NCBI RefSeq assembly: GCF_009914755.1 | Contig: NC_060929.1 | From: the human T2T-CHM13v2.0 reference genome, Homo sapiens | DNA length: 64,000 nucleotides | Reading direction: 5' to 3' (one strand) | Shown here: one piece after another, positions 1 to 14,290 of the stretch | Layout: the number at the start of each line of letters is the position of its first letter | Numbering within the stretch: the first letter of the stretch is position 1 | The notes under the pieces: generated by a model | What the model was told of the DNA's origin: nothing | Seen by the model: the letters and a program-made list of their open reading frames with translations, nothing else | Database searches by the model: none | Translations under genes and position numbers: made by a program

Positions 1-1228
1 CTATACAATAAGTGGTGCTGGGATTATTGGCTAGCGATATGCAGAAGATTGAAGCTGGATCTCTTCCTTAAGCCATATACAAAAATCAACTCAAGATTAA
101 TTAAAAACTTAAATGTAAAACTAAAAACTGTAAAAACCCTGGAAGATAATCGAGGCAATACCATCCTGGAAACAGGAACAGGCAAAGATATCATGACAAA
201 GACACCAAAAGCAATCACGACAAGAGCAAAATTTGACAAATGGGATCCAATTAAACTTAAGAGCTTCTGCACAGCAAAATAAACTGTGAACAGAGTAAAC
301 AACCTGCAGAATGGGAGAAAATGTTTGCAAACTATACATCTGTAAGAACTTAAGCAAATTTACAGGAGAAAAAGGAGAATAACAACCAATCCCATTTAAA
401 AGTGGGCAAAGGACGTCAACAGAATTTTCCGAAGAAGGCATACATGCAGCCAACAAGCATATGTTATAAAAGCTCAATATCACTGGTCATTACAGAAATG
501 CAAATCAAAACTACAATGAGACACCATCTCACACAGTCAGAATGGCTATAATTAAGAAGTCAGAAAATAACAGATGCTGGTGTGGTTGTGGAGGAAAGCG
601 AACACTTATACATTGTTGGAGGGAATGTAAGTTAGTTCAAACATTGCGGAAAGCAGTATGGTGACTCCTCAGAGAGCTAAAGCAGAACTACCATTCCACC
701 CAGCAATCCCAGTACTGGGGATATACTCAGAGGAATATAAATCATTCTACCATAAAGATACCTGCACACGTATATTCATTGCAGCTCTATTGACAATAGC
801 AAAGACATGAAATCAACCTAAATGCCCATTAATGACAGACTAAATAAAGAAAATGGGATACATATACACCATGGAATACTATGCAGCCATAAAAAAGAAC
901 AAGATAATGTCTTCTGTGGGAATATGGATGGAGGTGGAGGCCATTATCCTTAGCAAACTAACACAGGAAAAGAAAACCAAATACTATATGTTCTCACTTA
1001 TAAGTAGGAGCTAAATGATGAGAACTCATGAACTATAAGAAGGGAACAATAGACAATGGGGTCTGTTGAGGGTGGAGGTTGGGAAGAGGGAAAAGAGCAG
1101 AAAAAGTAACTATTAGGTACTAGACTTAGTATGTGGATGATGAAATAATCTGTACAACTAACCCCCATGACACCAGTACCTATATCACAAACTTTTACAT
1201 GTATCCACTAAACTAAAAGTTAAAAAAA
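1..1228 (+). mobile_element. LINE-1 3' portion (ORF2 C-terminus, 3' UTR, short A tail); older L1PA, about L1PA13-15
   Basis: ORF 49-282 ([15 protein letters not shown]...[14 protein letters not shown]) is L1 ORF2. The 3' UTR is typical of older L1PA. Confidence 0.9.
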
Positions 1229-1370
1229 AGGATTCTAAATTAGAATAAGTATTTTACTTACATAGTAGATACTCTTCCTTCTGCTACATTAAAAATATTT
1301 ACACTTTGAAACAGCAGGAGGAGTATGAAAACATTTCTATAAAACATCTAAAAATTATCAGTTTATCTTT

Positions 1371-1662
1371 TGTCTTTTCTTTTCTTTTCTTTTTTTCTGT
1401 TTTTTTGAGACACAGTCTCTGTCACCCAGGCTGGAGTGCAGCGGCGTGATCTCAGCTCACTACAACCTTCCCTCCAAGGTTCAAGCTGTTTTCCTGCCTC
1501 AGTCTCCCGAGTAGCTGGGACTACAGGCATGTGCCACCATGCCCTGATAATTTTTTTTGTATTTTTAGCAAAGACGGGTTTTCACCATGTTGGTCAGGCT
1601 GGTCTTGAACTCCAGACCTCCCAAAGTGCTGGGATTACAGGCGTGAGCCACCGTGCTCAGCC
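1371..1662 (-). mobile_element. AluS with a ~24-bp internal deletion
   Basis: Alu consensus; TSD CAGTTTATCTTT at 1359-1370 and 1663-1674. Confidence 0.95.
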
Positions 1663-1981
1663 CAGTTTATCTTTCTAGCCATGTATTTCTCTAAACTCAC
1701 AGAGATATCTGGAATTCAACTAACTAAATGTGTAAGTAGTGTGCTTGTATTTTTCTGTATTGCCTATTTTCATATTGGGCAAATGTTCTTTTTACACAGT
1801 AAATAAAAGGCAAAATGCTCTCCTAAAAATAATCTAATTTCTTAAGCATATTAATCACATAAAGCCTATGTCTGAAAAGCCTAATATTTACATCTCCTAT
1901 TGGTCTATTTCTATTTTCTGTTTTACTATCTTGGCTTTTTCGGTCATTGAATCCTGTCAGCTAGTATATTGGGTAATTTTA

Positions 1982-2123
1982 TTTAATTAATTTATTTATT
2001 TTACAAAATTTCCATTTTTATTTTAGATTCAGGGAGTGCATGTGCTGGTTTGTTGCAAGGGTATGCTGCATGATGCTGAGGTTTGGGCTTCTATTGATCC
2101 CATCACCCAGAGAGTGAACATAC
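1982..2123 (-). mobile_element. Very short 5'-truncated L1 3' end (L1PA15/16-like)
   Basis: Matches the L1 3' terminus. Imperfect TSD TRTATTGGGTAAKTTTA at 1965-1981 and 2124-2140. Confidence 0.7.
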
Positions 2124-2164
2124 TGTATTGGGTAAGTTTAGATGAGGCTGCTTTCCAGCTAAGA

Positions 2165-3110
2165 GCTCAAGCCAGGTCACTAAGAACCTTGCAAATCACT
2201 TAAAATAATTTGGACCTAATTGTCACAGCAATGAAAAGACATTGAAGCACTTTAAGTGGGGAGATATTTTCATATTTACACTTTAGAACAGTGACTCTAG
2301 CTTCAGTGTGAGGGAATAAATTAGAAAGTAACAAGATGGGAGACATAGAGACTGATGGGTGAGGTTTGCAGGAATTCAGTAAGAGAGGATGATAAGGAAG
2401 GTCAGGATTTATGCTAATGGAGAGAGATATTTATGAGACAGAATCCATAGGATGACTCCTATGTTCCTGTTTTTGAAAACGGAGTGGAGAGAAAATGGTG
2501 CTATTTACTAAACTAGATAAAATTGGGGTGGTTCAAATTCAGAAGAAAGAAAAAGACTTCATTATGGACTTGTGGAATTTGACAGGTTTGTGAGATGTGC
2601 TAGTGCAGGTGGTTTAGACACTCACTGGATAGATCTAAAGATGTGGGAGTCGCCAGCACATAGCTGAGTGCAGTGTGATGCATGGACGTAGATGGAAGTG
2701 CACAGGGAGAATATGTAGGGTGGGGACAAGCATCTTGGGCAGAAGCCATTGAAATACAAACAGCCAAGAGGCCGGTAGACTTCTCTTTAGAAGCCTGAGA
2801 TGGAGACTGAGATAGATTAACCATAGAAGCCTGAAATCTAGGAAAGAATGACGCCACAAAGCCCAAGGTAGAGATTGTTGTGAAGGGAACATGGTCACCA
2901 GTATTAAAATGCCACAAAAAAAGCACTGAAAAAAAGTAATTGTTGACCTTGCTGAGGAGCATTTCAATGGAGTAGCTGTGGGAGAAAGCTCATTACAGTA
3001 AGTTGAGGAGAGGATGGGGGTGAGGGGATAGACAGTGAACATAGGTAGTTCAGGAAAAAAAAAAGTGGCTCTCATGAAAAGGAGAAAGATTGACAGAAGG
3101 TATGTGACAT
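2165..3110 (-). mobile_element. L2 LINE relic (RT region); further fragments probably extend to ~4400
   Basis: ORF 2600-2962 (SKVNN..FSVLFL..FNTGDH..TISTLGF) resembles L2 RT (KVTND..FSVLILLDLSAAFDTVDH..TLSSLGF). Confidence 0.75.
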
Positions 3111-3131
3111 TAGAAAAGGTTTATGTTTTTA

Positions 3132-3632
<501 letters not shown>

Positions 3633-4177
3633 CTACAAAAAGGAAAAAAGAGATAATGCATTGGGGGTACAGACCAGAGGCTAGTTTTAGGCAAGACAGT
3701 GAGAGGGTGGCTTCTATTTTCCATGTGAATTAGAGAGGCTTGCACATCTGCTACAGGGCTCAAGAAACAATGGACTTTTAAGAAATATGGTAGAACTGCC
3801 ATAAAGCATGAAAGATACAGCTGACATCAAATACCATAAAGTTCTAAAGTTGTCCCATTCTGCAGGGTGATATTTACTTTTCTTAGCAGTTCCCAGAAAA
3901 TTGGAGCAAGTGTGGAGGACGGGGGCAGTTAGATTCATCATGAAAAAAGATTTTGTTTTTTGGATCCCTTTGCAAACAACAGAACAAGGACATGGAGAAC
4001 GCTGGCAAGCATGATGGACAAGAAAGAAAGAAGTGAAGATGAAAGGGAATGAATAGGTAGGAGGAATGAAGAAAATCTGAGATAAAGATTCCAGTTCACT
4101 GCCCTGGACCCGTAGTTGAGAACAACAAATTTTCTAGTTTGGGTGATTGGTACTATAATTATTTTTAAATTATATGT

Positions 4178-4295
4178 AAGTGACCAGTTTCCTTGGGATG
4201 GTCTTTGTTTATGCCTTTTTTGTTATCATGATTAGTAAGCCATCCCCTTTGACTCTTAAAAGTGTTCTGGTTTGACTAACACATTTTATTGTCTT
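4178..4295 (+). mobile_element. MER94-like hAT MITE relic
   Basis: ...ttgggatggtctttgtttatgcc...ccccttt.actcttaaaagtgttctggtttgac resembles the recalled MER94 consensus. Confidence 0.5.
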
Positions 4296-5201
4296 GATAT
4301 ATATAAAGAGAGATGACACGAACTAGGCTTGGTCAAAGGAAAATAATGAGCTCAATTCTGGAAATGTTAAGTTCATGAAGCTATGGGAAATTCAGATTGA
4401 AAGGTCAAGTAAACTGAACACACATACAGACACAACTAAATTTATCCATAAAACAAATTCAGACAGTACTGAATAAATTATAATTTAGTGATTGACTCAA
4501 GAATGATATACTAATTTGCAGACAGACTCAGAAAATATTTGCATTACATACTTGAAGTTACTTTCTCTGTATTAAATTATACAGCAATTTAGGTAAAGTG
4601 AAAATATTAATCATGTAAGGATGAGGAATCATGTTAACATTGACCAAATGGTCAAGCTGGACTTTTACATTGGGTAATACCTCAAAGTGTCACAAGGTGG
4701 CAGCACAAGCACAATATAACATGTAATTAACAAGGGTCAAGATCCTTTCAGGTATTCTGCAGTTAGAATTTATACCTGTTGTATATTATATATATTTTTT
4801 TCTGAATGTATGGTCCTTAATTTAAAAATGATTATTTTGTTTTATCGTTATTGCTGACTTGAAAATGGAGCACATAAAAAGTTTAATTTTCTAATATGTA
4901 CATTATTTTAAAATATTTTAGCTAGAATAAAAAACATGATCATGAATATACATTGATGGCATTCTCAGGATAATTATTAGCACATAGTGTATATAATGTC
5001 ATAGTTATAAATGCTCTGTAAGTTTGCATCTTGATCAGTATATTTTAGATCAAAAATTTTATTTAGATCATCTTTTTAATATATTTATCTCGCTAGTAAA
5101 ATCTGTGACTTTTTTCATTGGCCTGTAGAAGGAGAGTGTTCAGAAATTTCATGAAAAAATTTTGTTGGCATATTCTAGTTACAGTAACTTTAAGTAGGGG
5201 A

Positions 5202-5318
5202 TAGGGTTGTCAGGTTTAGTTAAAAAAATACAGAATATCCAGTTAAAATTGAACTTTAGAAAAACAAGAATTTTTTTTGGTATAAATATGTCCCATGAAA
5301 TATTGGGGTAATACTTAA
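5202..5318 (+). mobile_element. MER53 hAT MITE, 5' half
   Basis: agggttgtcaggtttag...atccagttaaaattgaac...tatgtcccatgaaatattggg resembles MER53. Confidence 0.65.
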
Positions 5319-5789
5319 AGTTATTGAATGATTGAATTTTTTTTTTGTATTTTATCAAGCAGTCCTATAAGGGGAGGGAGGAGAACCTGGACAAAAAAAA
5401 AAAAAGGAAGTTGCTGAGAAGTCCAGAGAAATCCAGGATTATGGACTACAAATCTGACCTAAGATTTAGAAGCCTTCAGAATCAAGGAATTAGAAAACGA
5501 ATTATAAATAGACTTGAATTAGTCTGCATTCTGTGGCAAACTCATTTATATGGTAAGCTAAACAACATGGGCTATGGTTAATCAAGTACTCTGGTGAATT
5601 ACCATCTACACCACACATTGATTACTGATTTTTAAACAACAAAATGCAGCAACATATATTTAAAGTTAGTTCGGTATTGGACAAAATGTAATAAACAACT
5701 ATAATCTAGACATTTTGGGGTCTTACTCAGGGTTATCATTATGAAAATCTGTCATTAGAGCTTCAAGGCACGGAAATACCATTTTAATT

Positions 5790-6350
5790 TCCTTTAATTC
5801 AACAAACATGTCTGGCACCTTCTATATGCAGAGGACTGACTAGGACTGTGAGATGTAAGGATTAATAAACATTGCTGTTATCCAACTGAGTGGATATTTA
5901 TAGTTAATAAAATAAAAAGTTAAATTCATGCATTAATCATGTCAAAACTCATTCTTACTAATTCTTCCCTGGGTTTCAGTTCTTGGTTAACTGCTTCTCC
6001 CTTAGTATATCCCTGGGATGATCGATCCCTTCTCTCTTCCAGATGATTTTCAACTACCATTTTAATGCCAGAGTCTTCCAAATCTCCATTTCCAGCCATG
6101 ACTTCTCCCATGTACTTAAGAAATGTGCATTCAACTCCTATGAGTTTTTGGCTGTCCTGTTGGCACTTCTTCCTAAATTAGACTAATCATTTTCTCCCAG
6201 AAACTTCTATTCTTCCTATATTCCTAATCTTAGTCAATTGCATCCCTCCTCAGGTAATCATCCATCCTTAAAACAGTCACACTATCTCAGACTTCTCGTC
6301 CACATCCAGTCAATGCATCCCATTCAGTCATGCCTACGCTGTTTTGATGA
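5790..6350. mobile_element. L2 fragments in both orientations
   Basis: L2 3'-end motif (attcaacaaacat...gcacct) followed by a pyrimidine-rich L2 body. Confidence 0.5.
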
Positions 6351-7741
6351 CCTCTGAATGGGTTTTCCACCTCCAGTCTTGCTTTCCTTAGAGATTTACT
6401 GAGATTAACAATTAATTTTATTTACATGATTAATTTTATACTGTAGTGATTATCATTTACATCTTAAAAGAGTTTATAAATTTAACAACATTGCTGGGTA
6501 AGAAGAGACATAAGGAAACAAAAACAGAGCTGGGGAACGGTTTGGGTTTGGAGGTATTCAGACATCTGAAATATAGGCACTTGGGATAGAAAGTCAGGAC
6601 ACCCCCGAAGCCCCATGTTCTGCACTGTGCTGGACACCAACAGCGGCAACAGGATGTCAGGCATTCGTATCTCCAAGCCAGCTGAATAATGCAGGCTAAT
6701 GACCCCTCTCCTCTAGGCTACTGGAAAGACACGAAAGGAAATCACCTCTCTAAATCAGGGTCATCAGTCCTAGAAATTTAATAGGCTGTGAGCACATCTT
6801 TATGTTGTAAGACCAGAACAATAGCTTACAAGAGCACCAAACGATGGTAGCATAATCTAATGGGGTATAATAAAAAAAACTACATAAATTAATGAAATAC
6901 TTAATAAAATATGGCTATGATTATGCTAATTAAACATAAACTGAGAAGATATTTAAACAAATGACTCTGATTCATGTCACTTTTATAAAGCCAAAGCAGA
7001 TTTTCACTGTTTTCTTTTTTTTCATAGTTTTCCAGAAGCTATGATCAGCATCAACACTGAAATGTCTCTGAAACCAATTTTACTGTACTTACATACCTGA
7101 GAAAATATTTTTAAAAGATGTTGGCTTTGACCCGTATTTTCAACATGATGGCTGATTCCTGTGCTTCTCCTATGCATATTCCTTTTTCATCTCCACGACT
7201 TTGAGGAATTCTTGGACCAAGTATGTGGATTCTCACTGCTCCCTCCCACTAAACCTGGATATTTGGGGTGGCATAAGGGCTCGAAACTGTAGAACTTAAG
7301 AAGCTATGGATGCGCTACCTGTCCAGGGGCCACAGTTGAAGCACTGTCATGAAGGGCTGAGGGGATCAAGAGCAGAGATTAAGGCAAAGTGAACAGGAAT
7401 GTTAAAACAGGATGGATGTTGGATGCCCCTTGGGGCAAAGGGAAGAGAGATCTGTCTGGCTAAAGCGCTAGGGGAGGTGGAAGAACAGGTTGATCAGGCT
7501 CAGCTGAAAGGAGCCAGTAGTTAACATGGTCCTTCACATTTCTGGAAGGAAACAGGCCTTGAGGGAATCCATCTGTTCTCACACAGGGAGTGGAGATAAC
7601 TGAGAGACTGAAGACCTTGGGGGATTCAATGAGGCTTAATTACACCCTTTGGTGTAAGGATGGGAAGGCTCCCAGATGTTTAAAATTCTTTTTACAGAAA
7701 ACAAAACATTTACTTTAAAGAAATAAAGGACTTAAATTGTA

Positions 7742-7809
7742 AATGCATGAGTGAAACTCATTCACACTTAAGTGTAATGCATGAGTGAACCTCATTCACA
7801 ATTAAATGT
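7742..7809. repeat. 34-bp tandem duplication
   Basis: AATGCATGAGTGAAACTCATTCACACTTAAGTGT followed by AATGCATGAGTGAACCTCATTCACAATTAAATGT (3 mismatches). Confidence 0.9.
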
Positions 7810-9208
7810 AGTCAAGAAATCAATAAACCAGAGAACTATCAGATCCTCTGGGATGCAGGGGTAGAGAGCAGGAGTCTCGGTTTATGAGATAGAGGGGTTA
7901 GAAGGCTTGGGTAAATGCAAAGAAAGGGAGCCAGGAAATTAGGAAGGCAAATTTCACCTACTTGGCAAATTTTACTAGTGATTCATGATGCGTATCCATC
8001 TGTCTCCTCCACTGGTTTGTGAACTCCTTGAGCCAATTACTATGCAACACCTAGCGTGGTGCCTGCCTGGTGCAAATGGTAAGCACTAAATCATTCTTGC
8101 TTAATCTGAACTTTAGTTTCATACTGGTGGACAACAATTCTGTGCAAATGCATTTTTGTGTTTCCTGTCCATCCAAGCAGACATATTATTGGAACCCTAG
8201 TCCTCTTGGGGTTTTGGAGTGTCAGAACTGCCTTTCCAGGCCCATCTGTGTCCACACAGCCAAGAAACAAAGCTGTTATCCACTCAGCTCAGCATTTGCA
8301 CACAAGGGAAAATAATTTTTAAAAATGCATGCTCAAAATTTTCTTAATACCAAAACTATGAGGCCAGAACTTTTTGGTTATTTTTGTTACTCAAAGTACA
8401 TTTCAGGACCTTGTAACATTTCGGGTTTATGACATCAGTTTTGACTTTCTGATTATTTTAGAATGGATTTTCATAGTGTAAAATGAGGGGGATCACATGG
8501 GACTAGCACAGTGCCTGGTAAATAGCCAGTGCTCAATACATTTTTGTTGAATAAACAAATGAATAAATGAATGATCAAATGAGGTGATCCTCCAAATTCA
8601 AAATAACAGAGCGAAAATGAGAAAAAAAATTCACAGAGTATGAATGAAGACAAAACCAAGGAATATCCATAAGACTTTGTGAAAGGCTTAGGGAAATCTA
8701 GACTTACCATAAACATAATTTGAATATTATTTAATTTAATTGGATATTATAGTAATTGGAATTTAGTAACCAGTAGAGTAAATTGTGTTCTTTTTGGATG
8801 TTAGATTGGGCAGAAGGGAAAATTTCTGTTGTCTTAAACAGATTGAGAACCAGCCCTTTAACTTTAGTAAGTTTTCCAAGTTATTTTTACTCTGAATTTT
8901 TCTTTTTGTTTTGTAAATAGTCTCCTGGTCTTGTAGCAATACCCTGATCTCAGGTGTCACCCCTGTTAAGCCGTAAAACAATCAGTGGAGTCTCAAAATA
9001 GTCAGCAACATTTGATACTTAAATTCTGGCTATCTCTGAGACACATAGCTAAAAACTCTTAATAACAGCTATCTCCTTCCATGTCTCTATCAGTGGGAGA
9101 AGTTATTATGTGGAGCAAAGGCAATATAACTATAAGCATCAGACCATTTCAGAGAGCTTGGCTGGTTTTCTCTTGTAAAGTTTGTTCTTGTCTAGTATCC
9201 TTAAGTCA

Positions 9209-9586
<378 letters not shown>

Positions 9587-10896
9587 TTAAGGACCTCTGA
9601 CTTTTAGGCAGTCTCTCACTAGCTCTCTCACTAGAATGAGTATGCAATTCATTCTAAATCACAAGGATGATCCAATGAAATTATTAACAGAATGTGTTTT
9701 TTTCCTGGTAGATAATGATCTACTGGAAATAAAGATTAAGATAATCTGCTTTATTTTATATAATTGATGATGCTAATTCCAAACAGTACCTCCAATCAGC
9801 ACAGGTTATAATTTTGTGATATTAATGAAAAACAACTTAATGAGCGGGTCTCCTTCTTTCACTGTGTAGGTTTCCCTGCCATACAAAAACCAAACTCTTC
9901 CAAAGAGGAAACTTCCATTCCACAACAGCACGCCTAACTCTATTTTTGGATTACACCTACAAAGCTCCCCAAGTAACAAATTCATCATTTTTTTCTACTG
10001 AGGCATTTTACCTTCCTATATGAATTTCACAACTTGTATTGATTAATGCTGATTGTCCTGATCACTGTTGCAATTGTCACATAACTTGCAAAGAGCCAGT
10101 TGGAGTGATAATTCGTATATCTTTTAAAGAAAAGGTTTTTAAAGCTCTCAGTGCAATACTCAAATGGACTAATCTTCTATGGTATCTTAATGCTTCCTTC
10201 AAGTGGTGGTTTTCCATGTAATTGTTTTTGTCTAGAATTTTTTTTCTATTAGATCAACTTCATGGAAGCCAGGTTCCTGCTTCAAAACTCCAAGTGAACA
10301 ACAAGTATAGATGAAGTTGTTTTACATGCTAATTATTAGTGTTTGAGAGCAATATTTTATAAAATAGACCTCATTACTCAAAAACAACTTGTACTACTAT
10401 CCTTTCCAATTTAATAAAAAAATCAAAGAATATGAAACAAAATGTGCAGCTGTGTGGTAACCTTTTAAGCTAGTAGTTATTTTCCCAACTAAATTCAGTA
10501 ACATTAAACCTTAGAGAAATTTATTTCTATTTCAGGAACAGTGATTTAAGATGGTCAAACTCTTTCCACCAGTCCTTGAACAATTCCATGACCTGTCTGT
10601 CTAAAACAAATCCTATATTAGAAGTGAGTTGCAGTTATTAAGCTATATCCTTGTGGAGGCGGAAAGTTAATGGTAAAGTATCCAACAAAGAGTAAAGTGA
10701 TCTTAAATACAACCAGTAGGGATTTCATAAACTGTTTAGTTGTACCTTAATTTTTAACTTATATAAACATCACTTGCTTTAGTTTCTACCCTGAGCACCT
10801 ATCCCAATGTCTGGCGTGTAGTTAATGTTCAACAAACGTCAACCGAGGGAGTCAGAGTATTTTAAGAAGCCGGTGAGAAAGCCTTCTTTGACTTAT

Positions 10897-10910
10897 CCAC
10901 TAGGTGGCAC
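10897..10910 (+). promoter_or_regulatory. CTCF core motif
   Basis: CCACTAGGTGGCAC closely matches the CTCF core consensus. Binding cannot be shown from sequence. Confidence 0.6.
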
Positions 10911-13296
10911 ACAGGGACCATGCTTCACACAGTTAACCACCACAGACCCTCCCATTCAGTGTAAATAAAGAGATGCATTATTAATTTATACCACCTCGTC
11001 CTCTCTACTCCTAATAATTGTTTAACCAGCTGTTTCCTCTAATCCTCCTTAAACACTATTGATTAAAATCCTAAGTATATTCAGGTTTCCATCCTTTCCT
11101 ACTTCTTCCAACAGCATTTTGCTACCTTTAAATGACAGGCTAAGTACACTTAAATGACATAGACTAAGTACTATGGTTACTACTCATGGCTGCAGGATGT
11201 CAGAAAATTAATTTGAAGCACTATCAAAATTATTTTCAAATTTGCCTGGTATTTCGTCAGAATTTTAACTGGTGAGAGATCATGATCTTAAAAATGCAAT
11301 CTGAAAAATAAAATGTGCATGGGGCAAAAAGAAATGAAAAAGAAAACTAGTATTTTCTAAGGAAGGGAGTCATTTTCTGAATATAACTTTTGTTCATCTT
11401 TACAAAGATGAAGTGCATTGCTATCTTAAGATTCAAAGGACTTCTTCAACTGTTCAGAAAATACCAATATTCCACACCTAAGATGCTAAAAGGCAGGATT
11501 GTTTAGTAGACCGTTTACTCATAAAGTATCTTTCTGTGTACTCTGAATGTATTTATCCTGGATGTGTTACTTGCTCCCAAAGGAAGGAAAAGGAAGTGAA
11601 ACCACTAGGGATATAATGAATTGATTCTTCTCTGTGAAAGTCTCTTCAGTACTTCTAAATTACAGTGTCAGTCATTCCTCTGAGAGACAGGGCCTTGCTG
11701 AAAATAAATGGCTCATTTTATAAATAAGTACATAATGTTTCCCCACCTTCTTGTTTCTCATAGAAAGCCCAGGCCCATAAGGCATTCCTGTCGAGAATAC
11801 TGGCCTCTGGGTACATTCCTCCTGTAGAGCAGTGGTCTGTTGAGGTTGTTGGTTATCTCTTGTTCATTTAATTAGCCTTAAGTAAAATTACTTCTTATCT
11901 AGTTCTGTTTTTAAGCTGTTTCCAATTTAGTGGAAGAGGTCATCAACAAAAGTATAAATTCATTTCTTAGCTGAAACAATTAAATTTTTTAAAATGGGTG
12001 GTATAAAAGTGACTAAAGACTAAAGCTAATATCTGAAGAGTCCTTTGGTATACATTATATTTTACTGAATGGAAGAGAAACTTTCATTTTTGTAGGTAAA
12101 TGGAATTTGTTAACTGATATAAGAATTATGAATCATATCACATTAAAAATTCTCCAAAGATAACTACTATGATATACTTTTGATAGAACAATATTCCCAT
12201 TCCATTAAAATACTGAAATGACTGAAATGTGTATAAAATCTCTGCAAATTTAGTACACAGAAATAATCACATAGAAATAGTTACCAGAAACTACAATTGT
12301 AATGAATAAATATTACATTCATTTAGAAATCAATCCACAGCCTTAATTTCTTAAGAACTATTAGCTTCCAAGAAGCCAGCCAGTATGTTTGATTTTATGA
12401 CATCACACTGGAACATGTACAGGAACACTTTCCACCCTAAAAATTCCCAAATGTACTGGCCACTGTGTGTATTTTTCCAGTGATAAATGAAAATAAAGCA
12501 ACTTATTCTCAAATTAATAAGCCATCTTATTTTGAACACAACAGTCACATTCAATGGAAGAAAACTACTTAATCGAAGCCCAAACAAGTTTAGGTTTGTT
12601 TTTGGTGGGGAACAGTCTCAACATACAAATAATTTCTTTAAGCAACTTTTAACAGTAATCTTAACTATGACTATAAATTCTCTTCAGTGCATTCAAATTA
12701 TCCATCAACATCATTGTATATATGAAATGCATCATCATTCTATGATCTTAAGTTCATAATTAGCTGGAGAAGGAAGCCTGGGCCAAAAATGGCAACATTT
12801 CTAAGATTATTAATCTAACAGGTATTACCTATGCCTAAAGTAACTTTCTTTTTCACATAACCCTATATATTCTCTGAAACAAAATTCATAAGCCTGGCTG
12901 GACATTCCCATTCCTCACCTTTCCCTTCAGCCTATACTATCCTTGTTTCATCTCAGGTGCTATAAAAATGGTTGTTGAGATACAGATAGAAAAGTCACCA
13001 CTTGGAAACCATGACCCTACCAGATTTACAGGAGCACTAGCAGAAGCTAAGATACTAGAGTTAATTCTTTCTCCATTTTTAGACTGAGCCTGTTTATTGT
13101 AGTGAAATATTTTATCCGACAATATGAAACTTTTTTAAAAGTTGAGGTGTCATATTAAATTCAAATGAAAACTAAACTCAAAAGAAAAGAATAAAATTTG
13201 TTTAATGTATATATACATTGCATGTGTATTGCCCTCTGAAATCTTAAAGGCACAAAGGTATAACCAAAAGAGGGGGAAACAATTTGCAAGTTTTAC

Positions 13297-13586
13297 CTTG
13301 TCCTGAAATCCAGGAGTTCGGATGCTCTCAAGTTCTGCTTAAGTTGGAAGCTGGAGATCAAGTGAAGCTAGCGCTCTTTCTCCTCACCTTAAGTTTGTCT
13401 CTGGGCGAGTGTGAGAGTGTGTGTGTGTGTGCGTGTGTGAGTGTGTGTGCAGAATGTCTCTTTGTGGCGCTGGATGGCAGAGGTCCTGATCCTGGGAAGA
13501 AGGAGGCACTTTCTCACCAAGAGCAGAAGAAAAGCAAAGCGTCACCAGGAAAGTTCTCCTCCCAAATCCCCTAATTACAGCCTAAT
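13297..13586 (-). other. HAPLN1: Non-coding exon 1 (5' UTR) of hyaluronan and proteoglycan link protein 1; 5' boundary approximate
   Basis: The minus strand reads ...GAGACAAACTTAAGGTGAGGAGAAAGAGCGCTAGCTTCACTTGATCTCCAGCTTCCAACTTAAGCAGAACTTGAGAGCATCCGAACTCCTGGATTTCAGGACAAG, which I recall as the HAPLN1/CRTL1 5' UTR. It ends at a splice donor CAAG|GTAAAA (GT at 13296-13295). Recognition is from memory, not an alignment. Confidence 0.85.
13409..13449. repeat. Interrupted (TG)n/(CA)n microsatellite inside the 5' UTR exon
   Basis: gtgtgagagtgtgtgtgtgtgtgcgtgtgtgagtgtgtgtg read directly. Confidence 0.95.
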
Positions 13587-14239
13587 GTGCACTTCATGCA
13601 AACTTCAGGGAGGAAGGGAGGGGCAGCTCTGTGCCCAGACCTTGTAAAGCAGCAGCCTCTTAGATGACTTTCCCCTCTGCTCAGATCCCGAGTATCCCGC
13701 TCTGGGGTTTAGGAAAGCCGGCCGCTACAGCCACACAAGCCCCCACCACACCACACCTCCCGAACCCGAACCCTCATCAGTCCTGGGTCTGTCCAGAAGG
13801 GATGGGACAAGGGGTCTGTGGAATGATCTGCGGGGCAGCGGTGTGAGCAGACTCCTCAGGACAGTCAGTTTGCGCTTTGTTTTATTAGCCTCTGCTTAAA
13901 AGAAAAATCCAAGGGTCGGAGAGGTCCTCTCTTTCCCGCCTTCCCCTCACCAAAGGAGATCAAGGATAACAGACAATGATGATAGTGGCACATAAAGCTT
14001 CTTAAACTGGAGATGGCCTTCCACCCAAATCACCAGAAGCATATTTTCTGGTTTACTGGACTCAGTATTGGTGTTGAGTTTAAATTTCTCTTAACAAACA
14101 ACTGCTATTGTATCCTTGGATGACAGAGCTCAAAGAACCTGGATTTATTTATAGAACGAGGAATGCGAGGGGGAGACGGGATGGGTGGGGTTGGGTTGTG
14201 GATCCATAACCAGGATTAGAACCAGATGGGCACAGGGCG

Positions 14240-14290
<51 letters not shown>

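Noticed and set aside
7742-7809. CRISPR-like palindromic repeats
   Set aside because: Only two adjacent copies, no spacers, no cas genes, and the DNA is primate.
9612-11171. Small tandem duplications at 9612-9635 and 11128-11171
   Set aside because: Ordinary slippage products with no further structure.
13284-13574. ORF containing LLKLEAGDQVKL, resembling a C1q-domain motif
   Set aside because: It has a non-ATG start, lies antisense to the HAPLN1 UTR exon, runs through a microsatellite, and shows no other C1q features.
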